DNA of 64,000 nucleotides. Source: Tubulanus polymorphus. Taxonomy: Eukaryota; Animalia; Nemertea. Below are positions 25,736 through 38,143 of the stretch, in pieces. The translations under genes and the position numbers were made by a program. The notes below the pieces were generated by a model, which was not told where the DNA came from, searched no databases, and saw only the letters and a list, made by a program, of their open reading frames with translations. Every line of letters begins with the position of its first letter. The stretch's first letter is position 1. Location: the NCBI RefSeq assembly GCF_964204645.1, contig NC_134034.1:8134962-8198961 (forward strand). The letters are read 5' to 3'.

Positions 25736-27674
25736 AGAGAATTCATACCGGTATACATGCGCTTCTGAATATGATTCAGGCATTCCTCTTTAGTTATTTT
25801 GTGCTCATCACCATAAGGGTTGAGCATTATTAGCTCACCAAGGGTCTTACTGTCCCCATCAGCAGTAAATGTAGTATACCTGAAACTCGTAGCATCAACT
25901 GAACGCTGCCATAGAACAAGAGCCATTGCAGGTTCCATGTTACCTGATGGCCCATCAAAGTTTTTGTCACAATTTCATGCAATTCCAACCAATTTTTCCT
26001 GACCTGCTAGTTTTTTCCCCACAACCTTACAATGAAAACAGTACTTGGATTTTATATCAAAGTCCAAAACGAAACCAGTAAGGCTATCATTAATAAAACC
26101 TATTCCATAAAGGGAAGTGAAACCCCTATTCATCCACGTGCCATCATAACTGACAGATATGTTCAAAACATCCGCATCTGGATCACTCCCAAGATCTATG
26201 TAAGCCTGTCTAACTAATCCGTGCACAGTTTGTAGGGAATCAACTGCGCTTCTGTCATTTATTGCTTCCCCAATAAAAAGAGAGATATCATTGTATGTTT
26301 TATGATGAAACCCAGCGTATATGTTCATCACCCCTAGCAACTTATTCAGTTGTGTGCAACCTATTCCAATTTCCTTGGCTGCCAAGACTGCCCCCCGGTT
26401 TATCTCGAAGGGCCTGTTCCTTCCCAAGTTACCTAAAGTTTCACTACTCCAGACATGATTCAAAACAGCCCCACAATCTGAACATACCACTTTTATCTCA
26501 ACTGAGCATCCAGAATTTTTTTTAGTAGTCTTTTTTGGTTTTGCCTGTAAAAGTTCATCTCCTACTTCCTCAACTATCACAAAATGTTGCTGAATTTCTT
26601 CGGAATCATCACATATTACAGAATTGTCAGTCACAGAAGACGTACTTTTATCAGTGACGGTGGTGCTTACTCATGAAGACGACAAATCTTTCTTTTTCCT
26701 ACCCCGTGTTTCGTTTTTACGGCGCCTCTTCCCTTTGAATTTATTCGCGGTAGAAGGCTTCATTGTTCATTCACAATAAACTGACGAGTAATTGTCCATT
26801 TGATCAAAATAAAACCGGTTTTCAAAGAATTCTTCCGGGTTTGTTTGTAAAAGTTTACTTCCGCTTTCCAGCGTGTTCAATCGGGTTACCGTAGCGACGG
26901 AGAAATTCGATCAACTGCGCATGCATAATTGGGTACAGAGATTGCCGAAGCTGCATGCTAATGAGCGTCCTCCATATATGGATATCCTCGGCATCCCGAC
27001 ACATAATTTATTATTCGTATTTTCCCGGAAGCCTCCGAAGATATCCTTATATGGATAATTGCGTCAGAACGAGGCGATTCTCAGCTTTTCAATGGTACCC
27101 AACATGTCCGGTAAAAAGGATTATTTCTAACACATATTACGCTTCGAAAAATGGTCTAATTGACCCAAAACAAAGCAATTTTCTCAAAACAATGGAATGA
27201 CATGTTTACTAAAACATCGTTTTTATAGTATTTTGCAATGTTTGTGCAAAAAATCGTTCAGCAAGGTTAAAATAAACATCCCAAAGAACCCGGAAATGAG
27301 TGTATCTCAAAACTGACAAATATCCTGATTTTCCCGATTTTTGGATCCGCGTCTACCCTTAAGGAGGCATTTTATAATTTGTAAAGCGCTTTGAGCAGCT
27401 TAGCTGGATTTAGCGCTATATAAGATCCTTTATTATTATTATTATTATTATTATTATTTGAGGGTCTCGGCAGGGACCAGATCTTATTCGTTCGGGTCAC
27501 TGTCTTCTAGCTCAGAAGGTGAGCATATTATTTTTAGGGGGTCTGTGTCCGTCTTTTGGTGTGTTTGTTTTCAACTTGGCCACTCCTCCTCTAAGTCTTT
27601 GGGACTCTCTGGCTAGTATGTTTTGCAGGGAATGTATATGAAGGGAATATTACAATTTTTAGTATGAAAATTTG

Positions 27675-30018
27675 TATTTCTGTCGAGTACTGTACCCTTT
27701 CCTATGGTTTTTGCCAATATTTTCTAAATTTGGATTGATCGCCAATGATTTTTCTATACGACCAGGCCCTGGGGTATTGCATTTAGCCACTGAAAAAAAT
27801 GACGGGATCTAGGATGTTGAGGGAGTTTTCACTCTCTGAACGGTGAGTCCGTTCCGTTTGGGGGCTATCCCTTGTTTCTTTTATCGGAATAAGTTAATTT
27901 GATTGAATTGAATTTATTATTCTTGATTGATTAATTGAATGAATAATGCCGCCCCATCCTCAAGGTCAGCATCCTGGTAGGGAGGGATTTGGTCATTTAT
28001 TCGGAGCCTGGGACGACCATGTATTGCGTGCGTCCTGTAGGCGTAAATTGGGGCAAATTTGCTCCAGGGTTAGTCCTTGCAAGATTTGCGAGGGTTGGTC
28101 CCAGGACTCGGGCTGATTTGCCTTGAAAACTAAAAGGTCGTTGTCGCGTTAATAATAGTAGAGATTCGTCGGTTTCAGTCGAGGTGCCCACCGACGTCTC
28201 TAATCCTATTTAATATAATTTAGCGGAGCGGTTGCCGGCTGTACTTGCACGGTCGGCTTCCCAACTCACCGGGAAGGATTGCTTGTTCTCTGGTACCGGT
28301 CACTGGTCAATCACTGGTCGCTGGTCGATGACTGGTTCAGCCAGTTTGGCCGGTTCAGACTAGAGGTTCTGAACCAAGTGCGTGCCGTGGTAGTCGAAAT
28401 TCCGGCACAAGCCGCCCAGTAGAGGTCACTCTCCCACCAGACGCCGTTATCGCAATAAACGCGCAAGATCTCCTGCAGATCGAGGATAGATCGCGAGAGG
28501 GATTACGATCGATATTGTAGAAAGTTTTGCCGTCAGTTGCCTCAGTGTTCGTCGACGGCGGTTAGCGAAAACGATCACAATCCCATTCGAAGGACCATCA
28601 CCGAAGTCGTCATGTTCATCGAGATACGGGAAAATTCCTGACACAGTAGGATTTCCGTGCATTCGAAGGAAAAATCTTAAACTTGTTATCGTCGTTGCAA
28701 GCTATCGGAGTTACTACAGGTAAGCCTATTCCTGATTTTCTAGTAAGAAGTTCGCAAGCCCACTCATTTATTCAAAAATTCTGAACCTGAATTCCTGGAT
28801 GCTAGGGTAGGGTCTGATTTCAATGAGGATCCGGTCCCAGAGGCGGCCATTCCTTCCGGTGTCATTCCTGCCGCAAGCAGTTTTTGGTTGCACCATACAA
28901 TACTTCTATTCAGATGATTTTAATGTTAGCCACCACCGTTTGTGGCGCTAGTGTTAGGTCACCTACCAAAGGCAAAACGCATTGAAATGTGGGTGTTCTT
29001 CTGGTTAAGAAATCGCGGAAAGTACAATTTTGATGGCATTTGCCCTTTAAGGCGACCACGCCTGACGAGGTCACCTCCCGACATGCGACCAAAACCAGGT
29101 CGGGAGGCTTTAATCTCTCTGGCTCTCAAGGAATTGGCCGGGAAGGGAGAGATAGAACCAGTTTGCAATGAACCCTCTCCTGGCTGGTTTTCTCAAATAT
29201 TCATGGTACCAAAGGCCACAGGGGGTCTACGGACAGTGATAGATCTGTCATCCCTCAATCGGCACCTGAACATTCCAATGTTCCGAATGACCAAACCCAG
29301 GGACTTGATTCAAGGGCTCCATCCACGTCAATGGGCAGCTTCATTGGACCTGAAAGATGCTTATTTTCAGGTTCCAATTCACCCAAAATCTCGGCGATTT
29401 CTCAGGATAAAGTGGAGAGGCAGCCAGTTCCAGTTCCGGTTTTTTCCATTTGGCCTCAGAACGGCGCCATGGGTTTTCACCAAGTTGGTCAAGTCCATTC
29501 AGTAGGTACTTCAGTCCAGGGGTGTTAAACTGTTTGTTTACTTTGACAACTGGTAAATAGTCACAAACTCGGCTCAAGAATGTCGGGAGGCAATGACGTC
29601 AGTCTTGGACTTAGTTCATCAGCTAGGGTTCCACGTAAACAGGGAAAAATCTCAGTTGACGCCGGCTCAACAGTTCACTTATCTCGGCATGGTCTTCGAT
29701 CTTCGAATCAGCAAGGTCTTTCCCTCCATGGCTCGAGTAGCCAAAGAAGCTGTAGCGGGAGTGTCCACAACCCCGAGAACAGCTCGTTACTGGTCACGGC
29801 TTCTAGGCTCCATCCATGGGTCTGATGGTACTGCATTCTTGGGTCTGCTATGGCGTAAAAAGATGGCAGATTTCGCCGATGGCTAAATGCAATACCGCCG
29901 AAATGGGTCGTATAGAAAAATCATTGGCGATCAATCCAAATTTAGAAAATATTGGCAAAAACCATAGGAAAAGGTAAGTACTACTCGGAAATACAAATTT
30001 TTGTTTCAAATATTGTCA
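27675..30018 (+). mobile_element. Internally deleted DIRS family A copy
   Basis: Both ITR ends match 40217-46268; gag remnant ~27946-28885; RT fragments 29050-29815. Confidence 0.88.
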
Positions 30019-31681
30019 TATTCCCGAGTATACTTACCTGCAAAACATACGTTTTGGTCCCTCCCGCCTCCCCGATCGTTGGGTTATTTTTACCCAAGAA
30101 TTATATGAGCGTGCTTCTGGTGGGGCCACCAGCTGGTGGTAGTAGGCCAAGTTGAATTTTGGGCGGTTTTAACAGCAAGCTAAGGTTACTGGCCAGTATG
30201 TTTTACTCGGGACTACGAATTTTCATTCTAAAAATTGTAATTTTTATGATCAACTGTGTTGATCCTTATCATGGAATGGTCCTGAGAGAAACTTTCTGTT
30301 AGCTCTTGGTGGTACAAATTGTAACCACTGAAAATACACAGCTAATTTGTCATAAGGAGGGAGATATGGGTTGGAATTAATGTGGAGAGTTCCATCCATC
30401 ATTTCTTCTGTTTCTTTCTGTTAGAAGTACTAGGGAGAAGAAGGTGCAAAATTTCATTACATTTCTCCCCATTCTACTTATCGATGCTTGACCTTGTTTC
30501 TTGATGATTTCACAGGGAAAGCCATTCACTTGGAAAGCCCTGTAGGAGGGCGTTCCCAATGATGTCCTTATCAAGAACATTTTACTTTCCAGTAACATCT
30601 GAGCCGCGTTGCATCTTCTCTGGTAATGATGCATTCGAAAAGCGCTTTTCCTGAACTAATAAATATGATATGTGCTAATGACATGATTGTTCTCACAGAA
30701 ACAAAACTAGACGCAGCAGATGATGTTTGGGTCAAAAATTTTGCAAACCAGTTAGGCTATACCGCATTTACAAACAACAGGAAAGAATTTTTATAAAGAA
30801 AAGTTTTTCAAGCTATTTCAAAAATGTTAAATCTTTAAAGAATGTATGTCAATGGGTTGACATTTCAGAGCTGTAAAGATTTAATTATATGTGGAGTTTA
30901 TTTTAGTCCTGAGTCAAGTCGTTATGGTGACGTAAATATGTTTGATGGTTTAGATGAAATGTTGTCATCCATAAACCGTAAAAATTCATATATTTGTGTT
31001 TGCAGAGATTTTAACGCGTAAACTAAAAATTTGGAAGACTATTTAATTTTTGATGACGACTTGATAATGGACGATTGAATAGCTGACGAGATCGTAAATG
31101 AGATAAATAAACCAGTCATCCAACTGCAAAATTCTGGATTGTTGACCAGAACCAATAGTGACCAGAGTATAAATAACTATGGACGTAGGTTCATTGAGCT
31201 TTGTAAATGGAGTCAATGTTTATTGTAAACGGGAGAGTGGGCCAAGATAGATTATTAGGGAATTTCACCTGCTTGAAAAGATACGAAAAACATGTGGTGG
31301 ACTATATAATTGCTTCACCGACTTGTTCCCATTACTACTAAATTTTTGCGTTATCAAATTCGGTAACGTAGTTTCTGACGTGCACTGTCCAACCCAAGGT
31401 AAAATAAACTTTACCAAGCCTAGTTATAACCAGAAAATGATGACAGCTCCCCCTGCCGGGACTGAAAAGGGGAAAAAATTAAATGGGATCAAAACAAAAT
31501 GTTTGATTGTCAAATGTGTTCAACATGGTTGACCTAAATGGTATAAAAGAAGCCCTGATAGCAGGTGAAATTGACCCTGATCAAGCAAACAACCTCATCG
31601 CTGACCATCTCAAAGAGACGGCAAAACAAACTATGGTGACTGTAAGGCCGGTTATACGAAACTCGTAAGTGGCTAGAAATA

Positions 31682-32263
31682 CCGTAAAAAGCAGCATATA
31701 AGTCGAGTTTTTAATCCTTGATTTTACCACTAAATTATTGACCTCGACTTATATGCCGAGTACAGTTTTCTGCTAAGTATTTTCAGGTCACAAGAAATAT
31801 TGATTCTACCAGACAAAAAAGACAGTGTTCATCTTCTCACTGCTATGACAGTTTGAATAATTTATCATGATAAAGTTATTTGATCAAAAAAACTTCTTTC
31901 ATTTTGACAAAGCTTCATGTACGATGTATTCATATATGCGTGCTCATAGAAGCGCTTAATACATTAGGCTATATATAGCGTGTGACTCAAAACTACTGTA
32001 CCACTGTATGGTAGTGTATTATACCTGAGTGTGTGTGTAACAGTCTATTGATTAACACACAGCAGCAATCAGGCTGACGCGCGGCGGGGTGCGTGAAGGC
32101 GCACATGTTATCAAAATCTATTCAATTTAATGATACAAGTAATTATTCTTCTAAGAGATGGGACTCGACTTATAAGCCGGATATATGTTAAAATCATGAA
32201 ATGTAGGTCTATAAATTGACCTCGACTTATACGCTGCGTAGACTTATACGCCGGTTTTTATGG
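31682..32263 (-). mobile_element. Tc1/mariner MITE (same family as 2661-3260)
   Basis: Reverse complement of 2661-3260; TA flanks. Confidence 0.85.
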
Positions 32264-34643
32264 TAAACAGAAATTGAGTGAAAAGAGTAAGAAATGTAGG
32301 CAAGATTACCATCGAGCAAAAAGACAATATAGCGGATGTAAATAGATGGCAAATAGGGAAAACGTTAATCAGTCTTTTAGAGCTTATAAAAAGTCAGAAA
32401 AACAAGAGAGCCAAATTGAAAATGACCTGCTAAATAAATGGCTAAAATCACTTAGAAAAACTAATCCGAGATAATATTGGAAAATTTTGAATAAGAAAGA
32501 AAAAACCCTTGCTCTGCCAGTATGGATGATTTACTTGACCATTTTCGTAAACTCTATGAAAAACCTGATTTCTATGATGATGACATGGGTCCCATGGAAA
32601 ATCTATTTGATATGGAAACTTTAAATAACGACGCTCTCGAAAGACCAATAATCCAACCTGAAGTACTCAAGGCAATTCAAAAACTTAAGGATAATAAAGC
32701 CTCGGGCTTAGATGATGTCACCAACGAATTCTTAAAAGATTCCGAACCTAGCCTCTCTGTAATCCTTACCACTCTTTTTACCAAGATATAAGAAACAGGA
32801 ATTATACCAGAAAACTGGGTACTCGGTACGATTATACCAATCTATAAGAATAAAGGCAACAGGGAGTCGCCCAATAACTACCGAGGAATAACCCTGCTTC
32901 GTAGTTTGGGAAAATTATTTACTAGTGTAATAGATTCAAGACTATCAGAGTTCATGGAAACTAACAAACTTCTTAATTTAAATCAAGCAGGCTTTCGTAA
33001 AACATACAGGGTTAATGATCACATTTATACCCTGAAAACCATCATTAATATTTCCCTGGCAAGAAAGAAGAAGATATACTGTGCTTTTATAGATTACGAA
33101 AAGGGATTTGATAAAATATGGCCTAAAGCACTCTGGAATAAACTTTTAAATACTGGAATCCAGGGTAATATGCTAAATATAATCAAAAATATTTATGTAA
33201 ATGTTAAATCATGTCGCCTAGTAAACGGAACTCAGTCTTTGACAGTTTCATCAGCCTAAGACAAGGAGATAATTTGTCTCCTCTTTTATTTTCTGTCCTT
33301 ATCAACGACTTAAGAGTTGTATCTCTGTAGCAAGGCTGCAGCCAAGTTGTTCTCGAGGGCAGACGCCATTTGGCTAAAACTTTTTATCCTACTTTACACA
33401 GATGACAATGTAATTGTATCAGAATCTGCAGAAAGTCTGCAACTTGCTCTAGATTCCTAAATTGAGTACTATAAAATATGGAATCTAGCTATTAATCGTG
33501 ACAAAACCAAAATTACTATCTTCCAGAAAAGAAAACCACGCAAGACGAACTTAAATTTTCACCTTGGTAAAGATGATATAGAAATCGTAGATGACTTTTA
33601 AGTACCTTGGTAATGTGTTTAACTATAGAGGTTCTTTTACTAAATGCCGAAAGGCATTGCGCGATAGCGCTATTAAATCTATGTATGCAATACTTAGAAA
33701 GTGTCAACAGTTACGTTTAAGTATCGATGTCAGTCTCCACTTATTTGATAGTATGGTTACCTAAGCCATTTTTGCTTAACGCTTGTGAAATATGGGGCTA
33801 CGAAAATCTTAATATCATTGAAAATGTTTATCTATTATTCTGTAAGTACGTCCTTAGACTGAATAAGTCGACACCCAATTTTATGGTGTACGGAGAAGTC
33901 GGTCGAATTCCTCTTGAAATTGACATTAAAAGTAGGATGGTAAAATTCTGGGCAAACCTCGTATCAAAAAACAGAGAAACACTCTTTAGTAAAATATATT
34001 CTATCCATTACGATTTAAGCACGTCACAAAATATCAATTTCAAATGGTTATCCTCTATCCAAAATATACTCCAGGAGTGTGGAATCGCTAATTTCTGGTC
34101 AGAGCAAAATTTTCCTAACATCCAGTATATTTATGAATCTGTAAAGCTACGACTTACTGATCAATTTATCCCGAAATGACACGCACACTGTACAGCATCT
34201 TCTAAAGCGTTGACTTATCGTCATATTAAACCGACTTTCAATACGCTTGAGCCTGAAAATTACATCCTCTCGTTACCCACATCGTACCGCATTTCCCTCT
34301 GTAGATTTAGATGTAGCAACCATGATTTACCCGTAGGATCAGGTAGGCGACACAGAATACCTCGGGAAGAACGACTTTGTACAAATTGTAATCTCAGCAT
34401 TTTGTGGGACGAGTGTCACACTATACTAAAATGTAGTTTTTTCCAGATACAACGTGAAAAACTTATCCCTTGAAGATTTTGGCAAACTCCAAATTTGGAA
34501 AATATGAACTCCCTTTTCTGTACAAAAAGTCAAAGAATTCTGATGAATCTTTCTAGATTTATTCGAATATGCTCAAATTAAATTGTTAACATGTATAATA
34601 GAGATGTGAACTCCCCACACTGATATACTGTCATTTTGTATTT

Positions 34644-35846
34644 CAACCCACTTGGGACTTTAGTCCCAGATGGCTATTGCGTTCACTTTTTGTCCATCGT
34701 CCGTCCGTCTGTAGACGTAATCCAATTATTTTGGGAAGTTTTGAGACGCGTCAATGTAATGTCTTGATATTTGGATTACACATGTATCTACCCCAGACAC
34801 ATCTTCAGCCCAAAAACTGGCCCTATCAGAATCAAGATGGCCGACTGGCAGCCATTGTTGTTATCCAAAATCAGCACTTTTTACACATTTTTAGTTTTTT
34901 GAGGGAAGTTTTTAAGACGTTGTACCTTGATCTTTCACATATATCGGACTCATGATGGCCGTCCTGTGACCTTTTTGTGCCCAATAATGTCAACTTTTGC
35001 CTGAATTCTGGGTCCTGTAGCTTCCTACTGGTTTGCCATTTCTCATTGCAATTTGTGATGGGTATTCTTTGGAGAGGGATGTTTTATGCCTGAGACAAGT
35101 ATTTTTGATCAGCCAATTATGGCGCAATTGGCGGCCATCTTGGTGTCATCAGTACTCATTCGTAGGTGGGAAAAAGTTTATCCACATTACATTGATAACT
35201 AAGCATATTGTGTTACCACAATCAATTGGAAAGTTGTAGCTTATCACGTGTTCTATGATTTTGGTGAGTTTCAAGGTCATTGGTTTTTTATATTGCCACC
35301 AGGGGGCGTTGAATAATACAATAACTTATTTCTATATTATATTTGTACCTATGCATATTTTGTTACCACAATCAATTGCAAAGTTGAAGCTCATGACATC
35401 GTCTATGATTGTGGTGAGTTTTAAGGACATTAATTATTCTATATGGTCACCAGAGGGCATTGAATAGTAGAATAACTTAGTATTTCCTTATTAGATTCGT
35501 ACCTTGGCATATTTTGTTACCATGATCAATTGCTAAGTTGTAGTTCATGACACGTTCTATGATTGTGGTGAGTTTCAAGGTCGGTTGGGTTTTGCATGTG
35601 GTCACCAGGGGGTGTGGAGTAGTAGAATAACTTAGTATTTCCATATTAAATTGGTAACAAGACATATTTTGTTATCACAATCAATTACAAAATCGTAGCT
35701 GCTGACATATTCTATGACTCTGGTGAGTTTCAAGGTCATTGGTTTTTGAATATGGTCTCCTGGGGGCGTTGAATATTGAAATTGTTAGATTGTTGGGAAT
35801 TGGAAACGACTTTCCAAGTGGGCATGGTGTCCTTTGACCCCTAGTT
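34644..35846 (+). mobile_element. HINE family 1 copy
   Basis: Same ends and ~154-bp array as 14606-15822. Confidence 0.82.
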
Positions 35847-35934
35847 GTATTCATGTATTATCAATGTATATTTTTGTTCAATGCAAATAGTAAAATTTGT
35901 GAACAATAAAAATTGAATCTGAATCTGAATATTG

Positions 35935-36634
35935 AAAAGCAATAATAAGCCATGCTTGGAATATTGAAATGCATTAAAAAGCCATGCATGGCTGTGCACT
36001 ACCATGTTTTCGAATGGCTATGAAGATGCACTTGAACGAAACAAAAAATATATAATGATTGTTCTGTTGTGTACATTTATGTTAAATGACCAGCTGCCAT
36101 TTTAGACCTTGAATTCAAACTCGCCTGGTCACATTCTTTGTTATATTTTTCTGTGGGGAATTGTGAAAACCATGGTTATCAAAACGCCGGCCACCAGCAC
36201 AAACCGAGGACTTAAGTGTGTGGAAAACAACTGATTTTGAGAAATACTGAATTTGATGTGTGAAAATTCTGTGAGGGAAATCAGACCAAGCTTAACTGTA
36301 CATTGGTAAAAGTGAATACCATATTGAAAAAGGTCCGGAGCAGCTTTATTAGTACAGAGGACCAACAATTTTACTATGGAGAAAGATGTCTCAGTTGATC
36401 TTATTGTCATGTCTCATATGGCAGCTGGTCATTTAACAATAATGTAGTTGGAACAATTCTTATTCCTTGCTTTTGGCTCAACTCCATTTTCGTGGCTATT
36501 AAAAACAGCATTGCTCAGCCATCCTTGTCTTATGATTGCATTTCAACATTCTAACCTGGAGCAAACATCCCTAAGAAGGTTAATTAAACTTATAGATGAT
36601 GAATAATCAAAACACATTTTTGGAGACACCCTGT
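35935..36634. mobile_element. Tc1/mariner-like remnant with long internal inverted repeats
   Basis: Right end TTTTGGAGACACCCTG|TA; AAATGACCAGCTGCCAT (36084) is inverted at 36418. Confidence 0.5.
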
Positions 36635-36774
36635 ATGTTGTTTTCAAGAGGTAAGCCTCTAAGTGTTATGCATAAAGATCCAGGACCGTAGCCAGCCATG
36701 TCTTAGGGGAGTTTGATTTTCATGAAGGCGGAACTTTTTTCTTGAATATGGAACCTTTTGTCTGGGAGTACTTG

Positions 36775-37372
36775 CGAATAGGTGTTTGTAAATGAGATGC
36801 AAAAAGAGAAGCAATTTCACTTTAGCATATTTGGGGTGAACATTTTTCCTACAGAGTCTCTCCTTGATTCCTCGAAAACCCCTTCTAAACCAACAATATC
36901 CTGAATAATCTTGAATTTGAGCTAAATGCCCAAAGGTCCTTGAAAACTCCTTGAATTTTGTGAAATTGGCTATTAGAAAATTTTTAGGTTTTAGGCCTAA
37001 TTATAATACATTCAGATACCACCGAATTAAATGGTCCTTGAATTCTGGAATGACTGATCTGTAGGAACACTGTCCAACAATTTGTTTGCAAAATGCAAAC
37101 ACCTACAATAGGTGATTGTTAATGAGAAGCAAAATGAGAAACAATATCACAACTTAAGCATATTTGGGGTGAACATTTTTCCTACAGGGTCTACGACTCC
37201 TTCATTCCTCGAAAACCCCTTCTAAACCAACAATATCCTGAATAACCTTGAATTGGGCTAAATGCCCAAAGGTCCTTGAAAACTCCTTGAATTTTGAGAA
37301 ATTGGCAATTAGAAAATTTTTAGGTTTTAGGCCTAGTTATAATACATTCAGATGCCACCAAATTAAATGGTT
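36775..37372. repeat. Local direct duplication (~270-bp unit, ~330-bp spacing)
   Basis: 36775-37035 matches 37107-37372. Confidence 0.8.
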
Positions 37373-37971
37373 AACTAAGATAAACAGTACCGATTTATGA
37401 GGAGTCGACAGATATGAAAGTGATGAGATGAGAAGATACACACTATCCGTGTAAGATGGATGACGATAGACTTCCCACAATGATTTAGTCGAAGATGAAA
37501 ATCCTCTATTCAAGGATTTTTCATTTTTAACTCAATCATTGTCAGATTTCTCTCGCCATGAAAGTGATGCATACACTCCTTGGAAACATCTCAAAATATT
37601 GGAATTCAAATTGTCTTAAAGTGTCCTAGATGATGTGCAAGTTGGCTGTTTGCATGCTTGGGCCCATGTGCTAGTGTGAGTCATAGGGAGAACCCATTAC
37701 CATGTATATAATCAAAGTTGAACATGCAAAAACTACACATTGCACCATGATTTCATTTTTATCAGCTCTTAACTTATTATTGCAAATCAAAGAACAAATT
37801 GATTTTTGTGCTCAAAACTAGAATGTACCCAGTTGATCCTACTGGACCCATGGTCCTCTATTGATAGTTTCAAGCGAAATTTTGAAGATGCTTCAATAAA
37901 TTATCTTGATCTTTCACATGTCTGTATCGCTTTGAGATTTATTAACAGTACAAGGACTTTGATATTTTCAG

Positions 37972-38143
37972 TTCTGATACTGGTGGTCCTGTTTCAAGCT
38001 TGCCAGAGCATATCATTCAGCGTTTTCCAATGGAACGTGTACGCGAGGCCTCTACACTTTTACTGCCTGGCAAACAATGCTGTATTTGTCTACGTGGTTA
38101 TCAATTAGGAGAATTTGTCAGGAAGTTACCCTGCAGACACAAG
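37972..38143 (+). CDS. ZSWIM2: ZSWIM2-like exon (first half of RING2)
   Basis: Not in the ORF track in this frame. ttttcAG acceptor and GTAAAT donor. Reads SDTGGPVSSLPEHIIQRFP...PGKQCCICLRGYQLGEFVRKLPCRHK; phase 2 in, phase 0 out. Confidence 0.9.

Larger units (their letters stand above)
23090..26763 (-). pseudogene. Kolobok DDE transposase (frameshifted, split by Penelope)
   Basis: SYDGTW..RG, DIKSKYCFHC, ADGDSKT, EECLNHIQKRM, HRRC..WCWY and SNSNEALH motifs in order across ORFs 25975-26634, 25729-25938, 23518-23838 and 23090-23491. Confidence 0.85.
22530..27358 (-). mobile_element. Kolobok DNA transposon with TTAA TSD
   Basis: TTAA|GGGTAGAAGCTGGTCCA ... TGGATCCGCGTCTACCC|TTAA. Excision restores the L2 frame LKGFLFKEAF. 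Confidence 0.88.
18965..27458 (+). mobile_element. L2-clade LINE (APE endonuclease + RT, frameshifted), interrupted by Kolobok
   Basis: EN 19671-21026 (ETWL, GDYN, GHTLDLV, ADH), RT 21090-21945 (GVPQGSVLGP, YADD) and LHWLPV C-terminus. Resumes at 27363 with AAAGCGCTTTGAG...GCGCTATATAA and an (ATT)n tail. The 5' boundary is approximate. Confidence 0.88.
12880..30243 (+). mobile_element. Decayed DIRS retrotransposon family B, broken up by nested insertions
   Basis: RT 12894-13413 plus 14440-14538 (YLDEW; ARYWSRVLG), RH/MT/YR remnants ~17460-18960, tail 27460-27676, split ICR 27614-27676/30021-30050, right end ~30195-30243. Confidence 0.8.
30633..35930 (+). mobile_element. RTE-X-like LINE, decayed, with MITE (31682-32263) and HINE (34644-35846) insertions
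   Basis: EN remnants, RT pieces 32522-33500, CEIWG / YGEVGR, C-terminal SNHDLP..GR....REERLC..C, and a (TCTGAA)n tail near 35915-35930. Confidence 0.75.

Noticed and set aside
22530-27358. KolobokP-type element with long direct repeats and an HNH nuclease
   Set aside because: No long terminal direct repeats or second nuclease ORF seen; the GIY-YIG belongs to the TSD-flanked Penelope insert.
30516-30625. Extra ZSWIM2 exon after a cacAG
   Set aside because: No recognisable similarity, and the exons at 12660 and 37972 already join in phase.
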